64,000 bases of DNA from Ignavibacteriota bacterium (GTDB lineage Bacteria; Bacteroidota; Ignavibacteria; UBA10030; UBA6906). The translations under genes and the position numbers were made by a program. Shown piece after piece: positions 9,636 through 18,160 of this stretch; the stretch's first letter is position 1; each line of letters opens with the position of its first letter. The stretch is from contig CAWDEM010000004.1 of assembly GCA_963801355.1 (NCBI GenBank), positions 864,001 through 928,000 on the forward strand, given 5' to 3'. The notes under the pieces are model-generated. The model searched no databases, was not told the origin of the DNA, and worked only from the letters and a program-made list of their open reading frames with translations.

Positions 9636-11846
9636 ATGCGGCGGACTCTCGCAGTTGTTGCCCTCCTTCTCCTCTTCGTCATCACTGGATCAGCACAGAT
9701 GGTATGGGACTGGGCGGCCTCTTTCGCTTATCCCGGGTATCTCGCAATCCCATCAAGCCCGACTCTCCAGTTCAGCGGGAGTATCTCTGTCGAATGTTGG
9801 GTCAATGCCCCTAATGTGTCCACGTCCGGGGATCAGGGCCTTCTGTGCAAATACAGCACACCAGGGACAGGCTTTGCGCTGGCCCTCCGCAGCGGACGAA
9901 TCCTGTTTGAAATCGGCGGATCTCCGGTGTTCCTTGGAAAAGCGGTGCTCCCCGATGGTCAGTGGGCCCACGTTGCGGTGGTGTACGATTCATCGGCGAA
10001 GACAGTCACAAGCTACATCAACGGCAATCTTGACACAGTGCGTACAAGTGTGAATTCCCCGATACGTTGGAACCAGGACTCACTCTTCGTCGGGTTTCAC
10101 ACGAACAATCCTCCTATGACCCAGTTCACCGGTCTCCTCGACGAAATCCGGATATGGAATAGGCCATTGAGTTTGACGGAAATCCAACGCAACAGGTTCA
10201 TGACCCTCGCCTACGTATCCGGCCCATACTCAGGAGTGGTGCTTTCCATCACGTTCCAATTCTTGGCACAAGCGCCTATACCATATGCGCCCCAGGACTT
10301 CTCCGGGAATGATTTAACCGTGAGAATCCGGGGGAATGTGTCTGGCGCAAGTGTGGGAACCGGGCCATCCAGGAAACTCATCCCCAACGAAGCTGTCCGT
10401 TTTGATGGGGGCGGGTATCTCTCGACACCGAGCTCGACCATCAACAACTTCAGCTCATCCCACACGCTGCAGTGCTGGGTATGGCCCGACACGATTCAGA
10501 CGGGGATCATCCTCCAGAAACGTGAAGGGGCTCACATAGTCGGGTACACACTCTATCTCGATGGAAATAGAGTCGCCTTCAGGATCAACAATCCCACCGT
10601 GTTGGAGTCTCGGCGGCCGATTCCCATTCGCGAATGGACTCACATAGCCGCGATATACAACGACACAACCAGGACTGCAACGCTGTATCTCAATGGATCG
10701 CTTGATACCAGCGCGGCCCCTGCGGTGGCATCTTCCCCCATCGCAAGCAGTGATTCTCTTTTCATCGGAACGGGTTACAACGGACCATTCCGTGGCTACA
10801 TAGATAACGTCGTGATATCACCTGGTATATGGACAGGAAAACAGATCGCCACATGGATGGCGGCCGGACTCGACGTTTGGCACAGGGGGCCGGACTTGCC
10901 GCCCTTGAGCATCTACAACTTTGACGGCTCCCTGGCATCAGGGATGTCTTCGGACCTCCGCATGAGATTTAATGGCACAGCCCGGTTCAGTCACCCGGCA
11001 TATTATGGCAGCGTCCCGACTTCTCCTATGTTGCGTGCAGACGATCTCGGCTATCCCTACGGCTTCATGTTGAAAGCCTCAGACCGGCGAATCCCGGCAG
11101 CAGAAACGCGAGGGAACATGATCGAAGACTCGCTCTCGGTAGTCGACGAACCGACGATTTCGAGTATGCGCCTCGCGCTCACAATCAATCACACGATGAC
11201 GACGGATCTCATCGTTTCCCTTGTCCATCCAGCCGGAGATTCCGTCATCGTGTTCAACAGGGGACAACTTCTCCACCCTCTGGAGAACATCAATGCAATT
11301 TACGATGACTGGGCTGACAGCGCGACTGCATATGATAAATCGGTTGGCTGGCTCCCACGTGTGAAGCCGTGGGCCTCGCTCAATGGGACATTTGGGGGGA
11401 GGAGCGCGAAAGGCATGTGGAGACTGCGCGTGAATGATGTCTCAGGTGGGGATGTTGGTCGCCTCTACATTTGGGGACTGCAGTTCAACAATCAGGCTGC
11501 GACCGGAGTAGCGCAGCATGGTACTTCTGATGTTCCCGAGAAAACGAAGCTCTTCCAGAATTACCCGAACCCATTCAATCCATCGACGGTGATTCGCTAT
11601 CAGGTGGGATCTGCCGGCATGGTACGGCTTGCCATCTATGATCTGCTCGGTCGTGAGGTGTCGGTGTTGGTAAACGAAAGGAGGGAAGCCGGAATCTACG
11701 AGGCGAACCTTGACGCGTCGAGGCTTTCCAGCGGAGTCTACCTCTATCGGCTGGAGGTCCGCCCTCTGGACTCCGCCATCGGGCGTGACTCCAAGAGCGG
11801 AGCGGGCGATTTCGTCCAGGCTTGCAAGCTGGTCGTCGTGCGGTGA
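9636..11846 (+). CDS. Secreted protein with two LamG/concanavalin-like domains, proprotein-convertase P domain and T9SS CTD
   Basis: GGAGG RBS; two WxHxAxxY...YxNG units; INHT..DL.VSLVHP...GMWRLRVND...G.L..WGL; NYPNPFNP. Confidence 0.85.
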   Translation: MRRTLAVVALLLLFVITGSAQMVWDWAASFAYPGYLAIPSSPTLQFSGSISVECWVNAPNVSTSGDQGLLCKYSTPGTGFALALRSGRILFEIGGSPVFLGKAVLPDGQWAHVAVVYDSSAKTVTSYINGNLDTVRTSVNSPIRWNQDSLFVGFHTNNPPMTQFTGLLDEIRIWNRPLSLTEIQRNRFMTLAYVSGPYSGVVLSITFQFLAQAPIPYAPQDFSGNDLTVRIRGNVSGASVGTGPSRKLIPNEAVRFDGGGYLSTPSSTINNFSSSHTLQCWVWPDTIQTGIILQKREGAHIVGYTLYLDGNRVAFRINNPTVLESRRPIPIREWTHIAAIYNDTTRTATLYLNGSLDTSAAPAVASSPIASSDSLFIGTGYNGPFRGYIDNVVISPGIWTGKQIATWMAAGLDVWHRGPDLPPLSIYNFDGSLASGMSSDLRMRFNGTARFSHPAYYGSVPTSPMLRADDLGYPYGFMLKASDRRIPAAETRGNMIEDSLSVVDEPTISSMRLALTINHTMTTDLIVSLVHPAGDSVIVFNRGQLLHPLENINAIYDDWADSATAYDKSVGWLPRVKPWASLNGTFGGRSAKGMWRLRVNDVSGGDVGRLYIWGLQFNNQAATGVAQHGTSDVPEKTKLFQNYPNPFNPSTVIRYQVGSAGMVRLAIYDLLGREVSVLVNERREAGIYEANLDASRLSSGVYLYRLEVRPLDSAIGRDSKSGAGDFVQACKLVVVR
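11757..11801 (+). repeat. 45-bp palindromic in-frame insert in T9SS CTD, copy 1 (VRPLDSAIGRDSKSG)
   Basis: 44/45 identical to the copies at 28342 and 31062. Confidence 0.95.
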
Positions 11847-11981
11847 TTTCACCCTCCATGTGAGATGGTAATATGAGTGATTTCACCTGGGAATCGGCCT
11901 CTTCTCCATTGTGGAGAATAATGATTTTTTACCGTAGCTTATATGCAATGGGAGTGGAAACGATTGAGAGGAAGGCTTGCG

Positions 11982-12209
11982 ATGGCAACAGCACATCAGT
12001 TTACGGCGATCATTGAGCGGGAAGACGATTCTTACGTTGCGCTTTGTCCCGAACTCGACATCGCGAGTCAGGGAGCAAGCGTTGAAAATGCGCGCCTGAA
12101 CCTCAAGGAAGCAATAGAGCTTTTTTTTGAATCCGCTTCTCCTGAGGAAATTCGTGAGCGGCTTCATGATGAAATCTTTATCACCCGCCTTGAGATAGCC
12201 GTTGCCTAG
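11982..12209 (+). CDS. hicB: HicB-family antitoxin (short form)
   Basis: FTAIIEREDDSYVALCPELDIASQG.SVE.A..NLKEAIELF. Confidence 0.9.
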   Translation: MATAHQFTAIIEREDDSYVALCPELDIASQGASVENARLNLKEAIELFFESASPEEIRERLHDEIFITRLEIAVA

Positions 12210-12422
12210 CTCCGCATACTCTGCGGCCGGGACGTCTGTCAGATTCTCTCCCATCACGGCTTCGTGGAGGTGCGACAACGAGGCATTCACATTGTCATGC
12301 AGAAGAGGATTCCCGGCTCGACCATTACTGTCCCCGTCCCCAACCACGCCGAGATCAAGCGTGGAACGCTCAAATCGATCATCCGCCAGTCGCAGTTGCC
12401 CATAAGCGAGTTCGAGGGGTAG
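12202..12422 (+). pseudogene. hicA: HicA-family toxin with a 1-nt frameshift at codon 3
   Basis: After TTG CCT AG the other frame reads LRILCGRDVCQILSHHGFVEVRQRGIHIVMQKR...VPVPNHAEIKRGTLKSIIRQSQL, stop at 12420-12422. Confidence 0.85.
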
Positions 12423-12516
12423 GCCAATAGCTGTCTCGCTCTCCTCACGAGAATGACTTGCGAAACCTCGCCCGCGGAAGGATCAATCATAACCGAGGAT
12501 GTTAGGAGTAATCCTC

Positions 12517-12530
12517 GTGCCCGGAACCGG
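12517..12530 (-). repeat. Degenerate displaced tRNA-Leu 3' end (att-like)
   Basis: GTGCCCGGAACCGG matches 31222-31235 at 13/14; adjacent GAGGAT...ATCCTC hairpin (12495-12516). Confidence 0.6.
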
Positions 12531-12771
12531 TGGACCCTGTGGCTGCAACAATAACCAGGCCTCGGATACTGGACGAAAATTGCTCATCGCCAGAAGAACA
12601 GAGGTTAATCCCATATTCATCCTATAGATCGATTGACCCGTCGCTTTCTTATAGGTAGGATGGATATAGTTGGCGGCCAGGCAAATAGCCTGACTCGAGA
12701 AAAGTGTACTTACGTGACTAATGGTTAATAACGGAGTGCCAAACCATCTACCATACGCCAATGGGGACCGC

Positions 12772-14397
12772 ATGCGCTTTCCCCGCAGCAGACTGCACGA
12801 GGCCGCTCTGGCATTGCTGACCTTCCTGCAGTTCTGCCCATCTACACTCTTCCCGGCTGACCCTCCGCTTTACATCGACAAGATCGAGATTGTGCGCAAA
12901 GATATCTTCGACACCACGAAAGTCGAAGACCGTCACTTCCTGGGTTCGGTTGTCAACGGTCTCCATGTCCTGACGCGCGAAGACGTCGTGCGAAGAGAAC
13001 TTCTTTTCAAAGAGGGGGACGCGCTTGATGAAACAGTCCTTCAGGAATCAGCGCGGAATCTTCGCGCACTCGGATACCTGGGCGACGTGACGATCTCCTC
13101 ATATGCAATATCAGAAACATCCGCCGTTGTTGCCGTGGTGACACAGGATCGCTGGAGCATCGATATGCTTCCCGCGTACAAACAGGAGGGTGGAGCCACA
13201 GCACAACGCTATACGCTGAAAGACGACAACTTCCTTGGTGGGGGGCATAGCCTGAGTCTGAGCTATTCTTACCGGACGGACCGTCCATCCCCCCACGGGA
13301 CGGAAGTGGTATTGCGGGAAAGGAACCTCTTCGGAACCAGACTGCAGGCACTCCTTCAGCAAAGAAACGGATGGGACCAGCAAAGAACTACCGTCGGTCT
13401 TGAGCAGGCGTACTATTCCGACAGGACACCCTGGGCTGGCGGGATCAGTGCGGAGTTCGGCCGCCAGAAACAGGTGTTCTATCGCGATGGCATGCTGGCC
13501 TATGATGAAGAGACGGAAAGACAAATGCAGTGCGGATGGCTCTCGATGTCCTTCGGATCCCGCGCTCTCGTGCGGCCGGCAATCAGCTACCTGCGCATCC
13601 GGACCAACTGCATCGAGCCGCGGATCTACGATAACCTTGATCTCGTCACCATCAGCACAAGCTACCTGGATCGGGCGTTTGTCGAGCGCTCCAATCTCAA
13701 CAGCTCCGGACGCACCGAAGATATGCCCGTGGGGTTCTGGGCAGGAGTGACGCTGGGAAGAAACTTCCTCGTACAGGGAGTATCTGCGCCTCTTTACGTG
13801 GGAGGCGTGACGCTGCAGCATGCTATGCTTCTCACGGATCGATTCTACATGGGATGGAATGCGTCTTTCCAGGGCTACTGGGGCGGCTCTCGGAAAGAAG
13901 AAGCGACGGTCTCTGTTCTACTCCTCCACCATCTGAAGATCTCAGCGTTTCAAACCCTCGTGGCGCAGGTGAATGCTGTTGCAGGTATTGGATGGTCAGG
14001 GCGGCGCCAGCTCCTCCTCGGCTCGTCAACGGGCCTTCGGGGGTATGGTGAAAGGAGCTTTGCGGGCGACAGGATGATTACCTACAGCCTGGAGCATCGG
14101 ATCTTCACCAACCTGAACCTGCTCTTCTTCCGGGTCGGGGGGGCTCTGTTTCTGGATGGCGGGACGGTCTGGTCAGGGGATGCTCACCCCGGAAGACAGC
14201 GATTCTCCAATGCCGCCGGTGTAGGGCTCCGCATTGAGAATACGAAAGTCCAGGGTGCGGGCCTGATCAGAATCGACTGGGCGATGAACCTCGATGAACA
14301 GAAACCCGGTCAGATCATTATCTCCAGCAAACTGCCATTCAATGCGTTTCTCAATCTCGACGGCGTCTCGGGGCTCGGGTCACCGGGGGTGGAGTAA
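12772..14397 (+). CDS. BamA/TamA (Omp85)-family outer membrane protein with POTRA domain
   Basis: TREDVVRRELLFKEGD..D...LQESARNLR POTRA motif; GLRGY motif; C-terminal beta-strands. Confidence 0.85.
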   Translation: MRFPRSRLHEAALALLTFLQFCPSTLFPADPPLYIDKIEIVRKDIFDTTKVEDRHFLGSVVNGLHVLTREDVVRRELLFKEGDALDETVLQESARNLRALGYLGDVTISSYAISETSAVVAVVTQDRWSIDMLPAYKQEGGATAQRYTLKDDNFLGGGHSLSLSYSYRTDRPSPHGTEVVLRERNLFGTRLQALLQQRNGWDQQRTTVGLEQAYYSDRTPWAGGISAEFGRQKQVFYRDGMLAYDEETERQMQCGWLSMSFGSRALVRPAISYLRIRTNCIEPRIYDNLDLVTISTSYLDRAFVERSNLNSSGRTEDMPVGFWAGVTLGRNFLVQGVSAPLYVGGVTLQHAMLLTDRFYMGWNASFQGYWGGSRKEEATVSVLLLHHLKISAFQTLVAQVNAVAGIGWSGRRQLLLGSSTGLRGYGERSFAGDRMITYSLEHRIFTNLNLLFFRVGGALFLDGGTVWSGDAHPGRQRFSNAAGVGLRIENTKVQGAGLIRIDWAMNLDEQKPGQIIISSKLPFNAFLNLDGVSGLGSPGVE

Positions 14398-14576
14398 ATC
14401 CGCTTCACAAGTCCTCTAAGCATGAAAACTTCCTAGATTCCTACAAGTGAATCAGTGGAGGATCGTTATCTTGGCAGCTGCCGTCACCTCTGTCTGGCGT
14501 CCGTGACCCGGACGTAGTCCCACATCACACCGACCGTTCATGTTGATTTAGAACTTCGGGTTGCCTATGTTTTCGC

Positions 14577-16775
14577 ATGAGCTCCAGACCGCCTCATTTC
14601 CCCTGTGCCGTCCTTTTCCTGTTGATCGTCCCGTTGGGTTTTCCCTTTCGGGCCATAGCCCAGACGTCGTTTTCCGACAGCTCGTTGTTGCGCCACGCGT
14701 CCTACGTCCGAGAGGCCATACAGGAAATTGATAATGCTCGCCTGTGGAATTCGATTGACCTCGACCGCTCAGACATCCAGGACCTCCGCAAGTCTGTGAG
14801 TGCCGGAGATTTCGAGCGGGCGGCAATCGCGTGGGGTGCGTACTGGTCGGGGAAAAAACAGCCCGCGTACATAACCTCGATGGACCATCTTCTGCAGGAT
14901 ACTGACATGCTGGAATCCCCGATGGATTTCCGGGATGCGATGCTCCAGTCTGCGGACGAGCGGGACACGATCATTGCCCGCGCAGACCTGATACTGCAGA
15001 ACACGATCCCGACGTGGGGAGACAACGTTATCACGTTTGGAGAGAAGTTGGATTTCAACAGAGATATGGGGCAGTCGGGGAAATACGGTTTTCACTATTG
15101 GACTTGGTCCCGTCCGCTTCTCATGGCCTCGGTACTCACAGGTGATGAGAAATACCTGGAGAAGTTTGATAAACTGTTCAACGCGTGGTACGAGCAGCGC
15201 AACTCGATCACCCGGGGGTTTCCTTCCCTGGATGTTGTTTACTATGAGCTCGGGCTGGGGATGCGGAACCGGATGTTCATCGAGTACTACCTTCTCCCTC
15301 GCCGGCAGCGAAGCCCCGAGTCCCAAGTGCGGCTGCTCAAGACATTCCTTGCCGCAGGGCGCTGGCTCTATCAACTGGAGAAATGGGAAGGGTACAGGCC
15401 GGGCAACTGGCAAGTCCACGGCTCATACATGCTTGTCCAGCTCGCGCTTGTGTTCCCCGAGTTTCGCGAATCGGCACAATGGCGGCAGACAGGTCTGCAG
15501 CGGATGATGGAACACCTGGAGCAGGACTTTTTCCCCGATGGCGGACATTCCGAGCGCTCCCCCCGAAACTACACGATGGCGACATACCTGAACTACCGCA
15601 ACCTGGCATACCTCCTTGCAGCGTACGAGACCGAGCAGGGAGCCGCGAGGCGCATCCATGCATCCATGGGCCGCACGTTCGAATGGTGGAGAAACATGCT
15701 TACTCCGACGGGCGAGGTTCCGGCCATCAATGACAGCCATCGAGGGCTCTTTCCGGAGAGAATCACGCGCGACCGAAAACGGCTTTCCGCAGGCGACAGC
15801 GGTGCCCGTCCGCGATACACCTCCCGCCATTTGCCCGCGTCAGGATTCACCGTCATGCGAAGCGACTGGTCGCGGGATGCATTGTACATGACGGTCAATT
15901 ACGGCCCGTCCGCAGGATTTCATACTCACCTGGACCTCCTCGATTTCGAGCTCTATGCTTACGGAACACCGCTCGCCGTGGACGCAGGCATCGGCCTGAC
16001 CTACGACGACTCCCTCTATCTCACCTGGTACAGATCGTCGCCGGCACACAACATGGTTGTCGTCAACGACAGCAACGTTGAACGGGAAGGGTTGCGGGGA
16101 GAGAACATTCAGTGGGCTTCCACCGCCACCGTGGACTATTTCGCCGGAGAAGAAAACGGATACCGGCGATTCCTTGTCCGCCATCGCAGGCAGATTGCGT
16201 TCGTAAAGCCTTCCTACTGGCTTGTCGTGGATGACCTTCACTGCAGCCGCAGCAATGACACTCTCTCCTGGTACTTTCATTCTCCCACTGTTCTTCTTCC
16301 CGCTGGTACGGGATTCGAAAGCGAATCTGCTCCCGGGATCCGGATTATTCCAGTTGGTGTGAACTGTACCAGCCGGGTCGGGAAAGGAATGGCGGCAAGT
16401 ACAAGTGACCGGGTGCCGGGTAGAACAGAGGAGATCAATTGGGTGAGGTTCGACCAGCTCAGCCTGGCAGACTCTGCCAACCAGTTTCCCATCCTCCTCT
16501 TTCCATTCCGTGCTGCCAGCGACATCCCCCGGGTGGCCAGGCTTTCTGCGCAACACTTCGTCGTTCAACATGCTGGATCAGTCGACAATCTGCATTTTAC
16601 ATCCGGGGCGTATGCGGACGACACGATGCAAACGGACGCCTCGTTTGTTCTCATCAGGAAAAGAAACGACGGCCGGCTATCGTATGTTGTGGTAAACGGC
16701 ACGTTTCTGAGGTATCGCACAAAGATTCTCTGGAGCTCTTTTTCTGCAGGCTCCGGCGAGGGGGAAGTGCCGTAG
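14577..16775 (+). CDS. Heparinase II/III-like polysaccharide lyase
   Basis: Signal peptide; GNWQ, DGGHSERSPRNY, SGFTVMRSDW, HTHLDLLDFEL, AHNMVVVN. Confidence 0.85.
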   Translation: MSSRPPHFPCAVLFLLIVPLGFPFRAIAQTSFSDSSLLRHASYVREAIQEIDNARLWNSIDLDRSDIQDLRKSVSAGDFERAAIAWGAYWSGKKQPAYITSMDHLLQDTDMLESPMDFRDAMLQSADERDTIIARADLILQNTIPTWGDNVITFGEKLDFNRDMGQSGKYGFHYWTWSRPLLMASVLTGDEKYLEKFDKLFNAWYEQRNSITRGFPSLDVVYYELGLGMRNRMFIEYYLLPRRQRSPESQVRLLKTFLAAGRWLYQLEKWEGYRPGNWQVHGSYMLVQLALVFPEFRESAQWRQTGLQRMMEHLEQDFFPDGGHSERSPRNYTMATYLNYRNLAYLLAAYETEQGAARRIHASMGRTFEWWRNMLTPTGEVPAINDSHRGLFPERITRDRKRLSAGDSGARPRYTSRHLPASGFTVMRSDWSRDALYMTVNYGPSAGFHTHLDLLDFELYAYGTPLAVDAGIGLTYDDSLYLTWYRSSPAHNMVVVNDSNVEREGLRGENIQWASTATVDYFAGEENGYRRFLVRHRRQIAFVKPSYWLVVDDLHCSRSNDTLSWYFHSPTVLLPAGTGFESESAPGIRIIPVGVNCTSRVGKGMAASTSDRVPGRTEEINWVRFDQLSLADSANQFPILLFPFRAASDIPRVARLSAQHFVVQHAGSVDNLHFTSGAYADDTMQTDASFVLIRKRNDGRLSYVVVNGTFLRYRTKILWSSFSAGSGEGEVP

Positions 16776-16822
16776 ACCCCGGTTCTGTATCATTCAATAA
16801 ACCTTGACGAAAGTGCCTCTCC

Positions 16823-18049
16823 ATGTATCGACGTGAATTTCTGAAGACGAATGCATCCGCACTCTGCTTGGGGCTTGGCTCAGTAGTGCCAGGATCAATG
16901 TTCCAGGAATTGTTCTATTACGCATGGAGCTGGGACAAATGGCGGGCCCTGACCGGAACAAAACCACAGCGGTACCTGTCCGATCAGATTGGGCAGCATG
17001 AGCTTGTTGACCTGCTAACGGTGGGAGGCCGCAGGATTGTGAGCCCCGAAGAATGGCTCACGAAGCGGGAAGAAATCAAGCACATCCTGTTGCAGGTCCT
17101 GGGAGATCTTCCTCGTGCCACACCCCCGCTCAATCCGAGAATCGTGGAAGAGAAGGACTTTGACAAGTATGTGCGCCGGAAAGTCGTCTATACGGTGGAA
17201 TCAGGCGACGACGTTTCTGCCTATGTCTTTCTCCCGAAAGATGGCGTCAGGAGGCATCCCGCAGCGTTGTGCGCACACCAGACGAATCCGTACGGCAAAC
17301 GCGAAGCTGCCGGCATCGATGGAAATCCCGCGATGGCATTTGCGCCCGAGCTGGCAGAGCGGGGCTACGTTACCATTGCGCCGGATGAAATCTGCTTCGG
17401 CGAGAGACATAATCCGTTGCTTGGCCATTACGGCGATGCCATTGCGTTCTATGAAAAGCATAAGGAGTGGTCCATTGCGGGAAAAATGATCTGGGATAAA
17501 TCACGGGCGATTGACTACCTCCAGACGCTGGACGAAGTCGATCCGGAGCGGATTGGCGCGATCGGGCATTCGCATGGAGCGTACGGATCGCTGCTTGCTG
17601 CCGCGTTTGACAGCCGCATCAAAGTCGTGATCTCAAGCTGCGGTTTCGTCCCATTCCGCACCGACGGCAACACGTTTCGCTGGTCGCATGCCACAGCATT
17701 AATACCGAAGCTCGGGTTCTTTCTCGGCGGAAGAGAAATGACTCTGCAAACCTTCCAGAATATCAGACTCAAAGAAGTGGATCAGACTCCCTTCGATTGG
17801 CATCATATTCTCTCTCTCATCGCTCCGCGGGCGCTCTTCCTCTCCGTTTCGCTGGATGATGAGGTTTTTCCCGGCGGCGAAAGTATCAGGAGCCAGGTGG
17901 TACCTCGCATCGAGCCAATCTACGAACTGTACAAGCATCGCGAGAACTTTGCAGCGCATTTCTTCCACGGAGGACACACCATCCCTCAGGAAGCCCGGGC
18001 AAAAGCGTTTGCGATGCTGGACCGTTGTCTGATGGATAACACGAAGTGA
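16823..18049 (+). CDS. Alpha/beta-hydrolase (dienelactone hydrolase / carbohydrate esterase-like), Tat signal
   Basis: MYRREFLK; RAIDYLQTLDEVDPERIGAIGHSHG; LIAPRA; GGHT. Confidence 0.85.
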   Translation: MYRREFLKTNASALCLGLGSVVPGSMFQELFYYAWSWDKWRALTGTKPQRYLSDQIGQHELVDLLTVGGRRIVSPEEWLTKREEIKHILLQVLGDLPRATPPLNPRIVEEKDFDKYVRRKVVYTVESGDDVSAYVFLPKDGVRRHPAALCAHQTNPYGKREAAGIDGNPAMAFAPELAERGYVTIAPDEICFGERHNPLLGHYGDAIAFYEKHKEWSIAGKMIWDKSRAIDYLQTLDEVDPERIGAIGHSHGAYGSLLAAAFDSRIKVVISSCGFVPFRTDGNTFRWSHATALIPKLGFFLGGREMTLQTFQNIRLKEVDQTPFDWHHILSLIAPRALFLSVSLDDEVFPGGESIRSQVVPRIEPIYELYKHRENFAAHFFHGGHTIPQEARAKAFAMLDRCLMDNTK

Positions 18050-18073
18050 CGGCACCGAAGAATTCGCGCGCAA

Positions 18074-18102
18074 TTGACTCTGCCCCCAACCCGTTGTATA
18101 TT
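18074..18102 (+). promoter_or_regulatory. Sigma70-type promoter TTGACT-17-TATATT
   Basis: Near-consensus boxes; same module as 1897 and 21339. Confidence 0.75.
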
Positions 18103-18160
18103 GCCGCCGTATTGTTGGTACCTCGTGCCGTAGGAATCATACATGCGCGGGGGAGATTCC

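Noticed and set aside
12121-12128. T8 run in hicB as a phase-variation tract
   Set aside because: Short, and explained by ordinary Leu-Phe-Phe codons.
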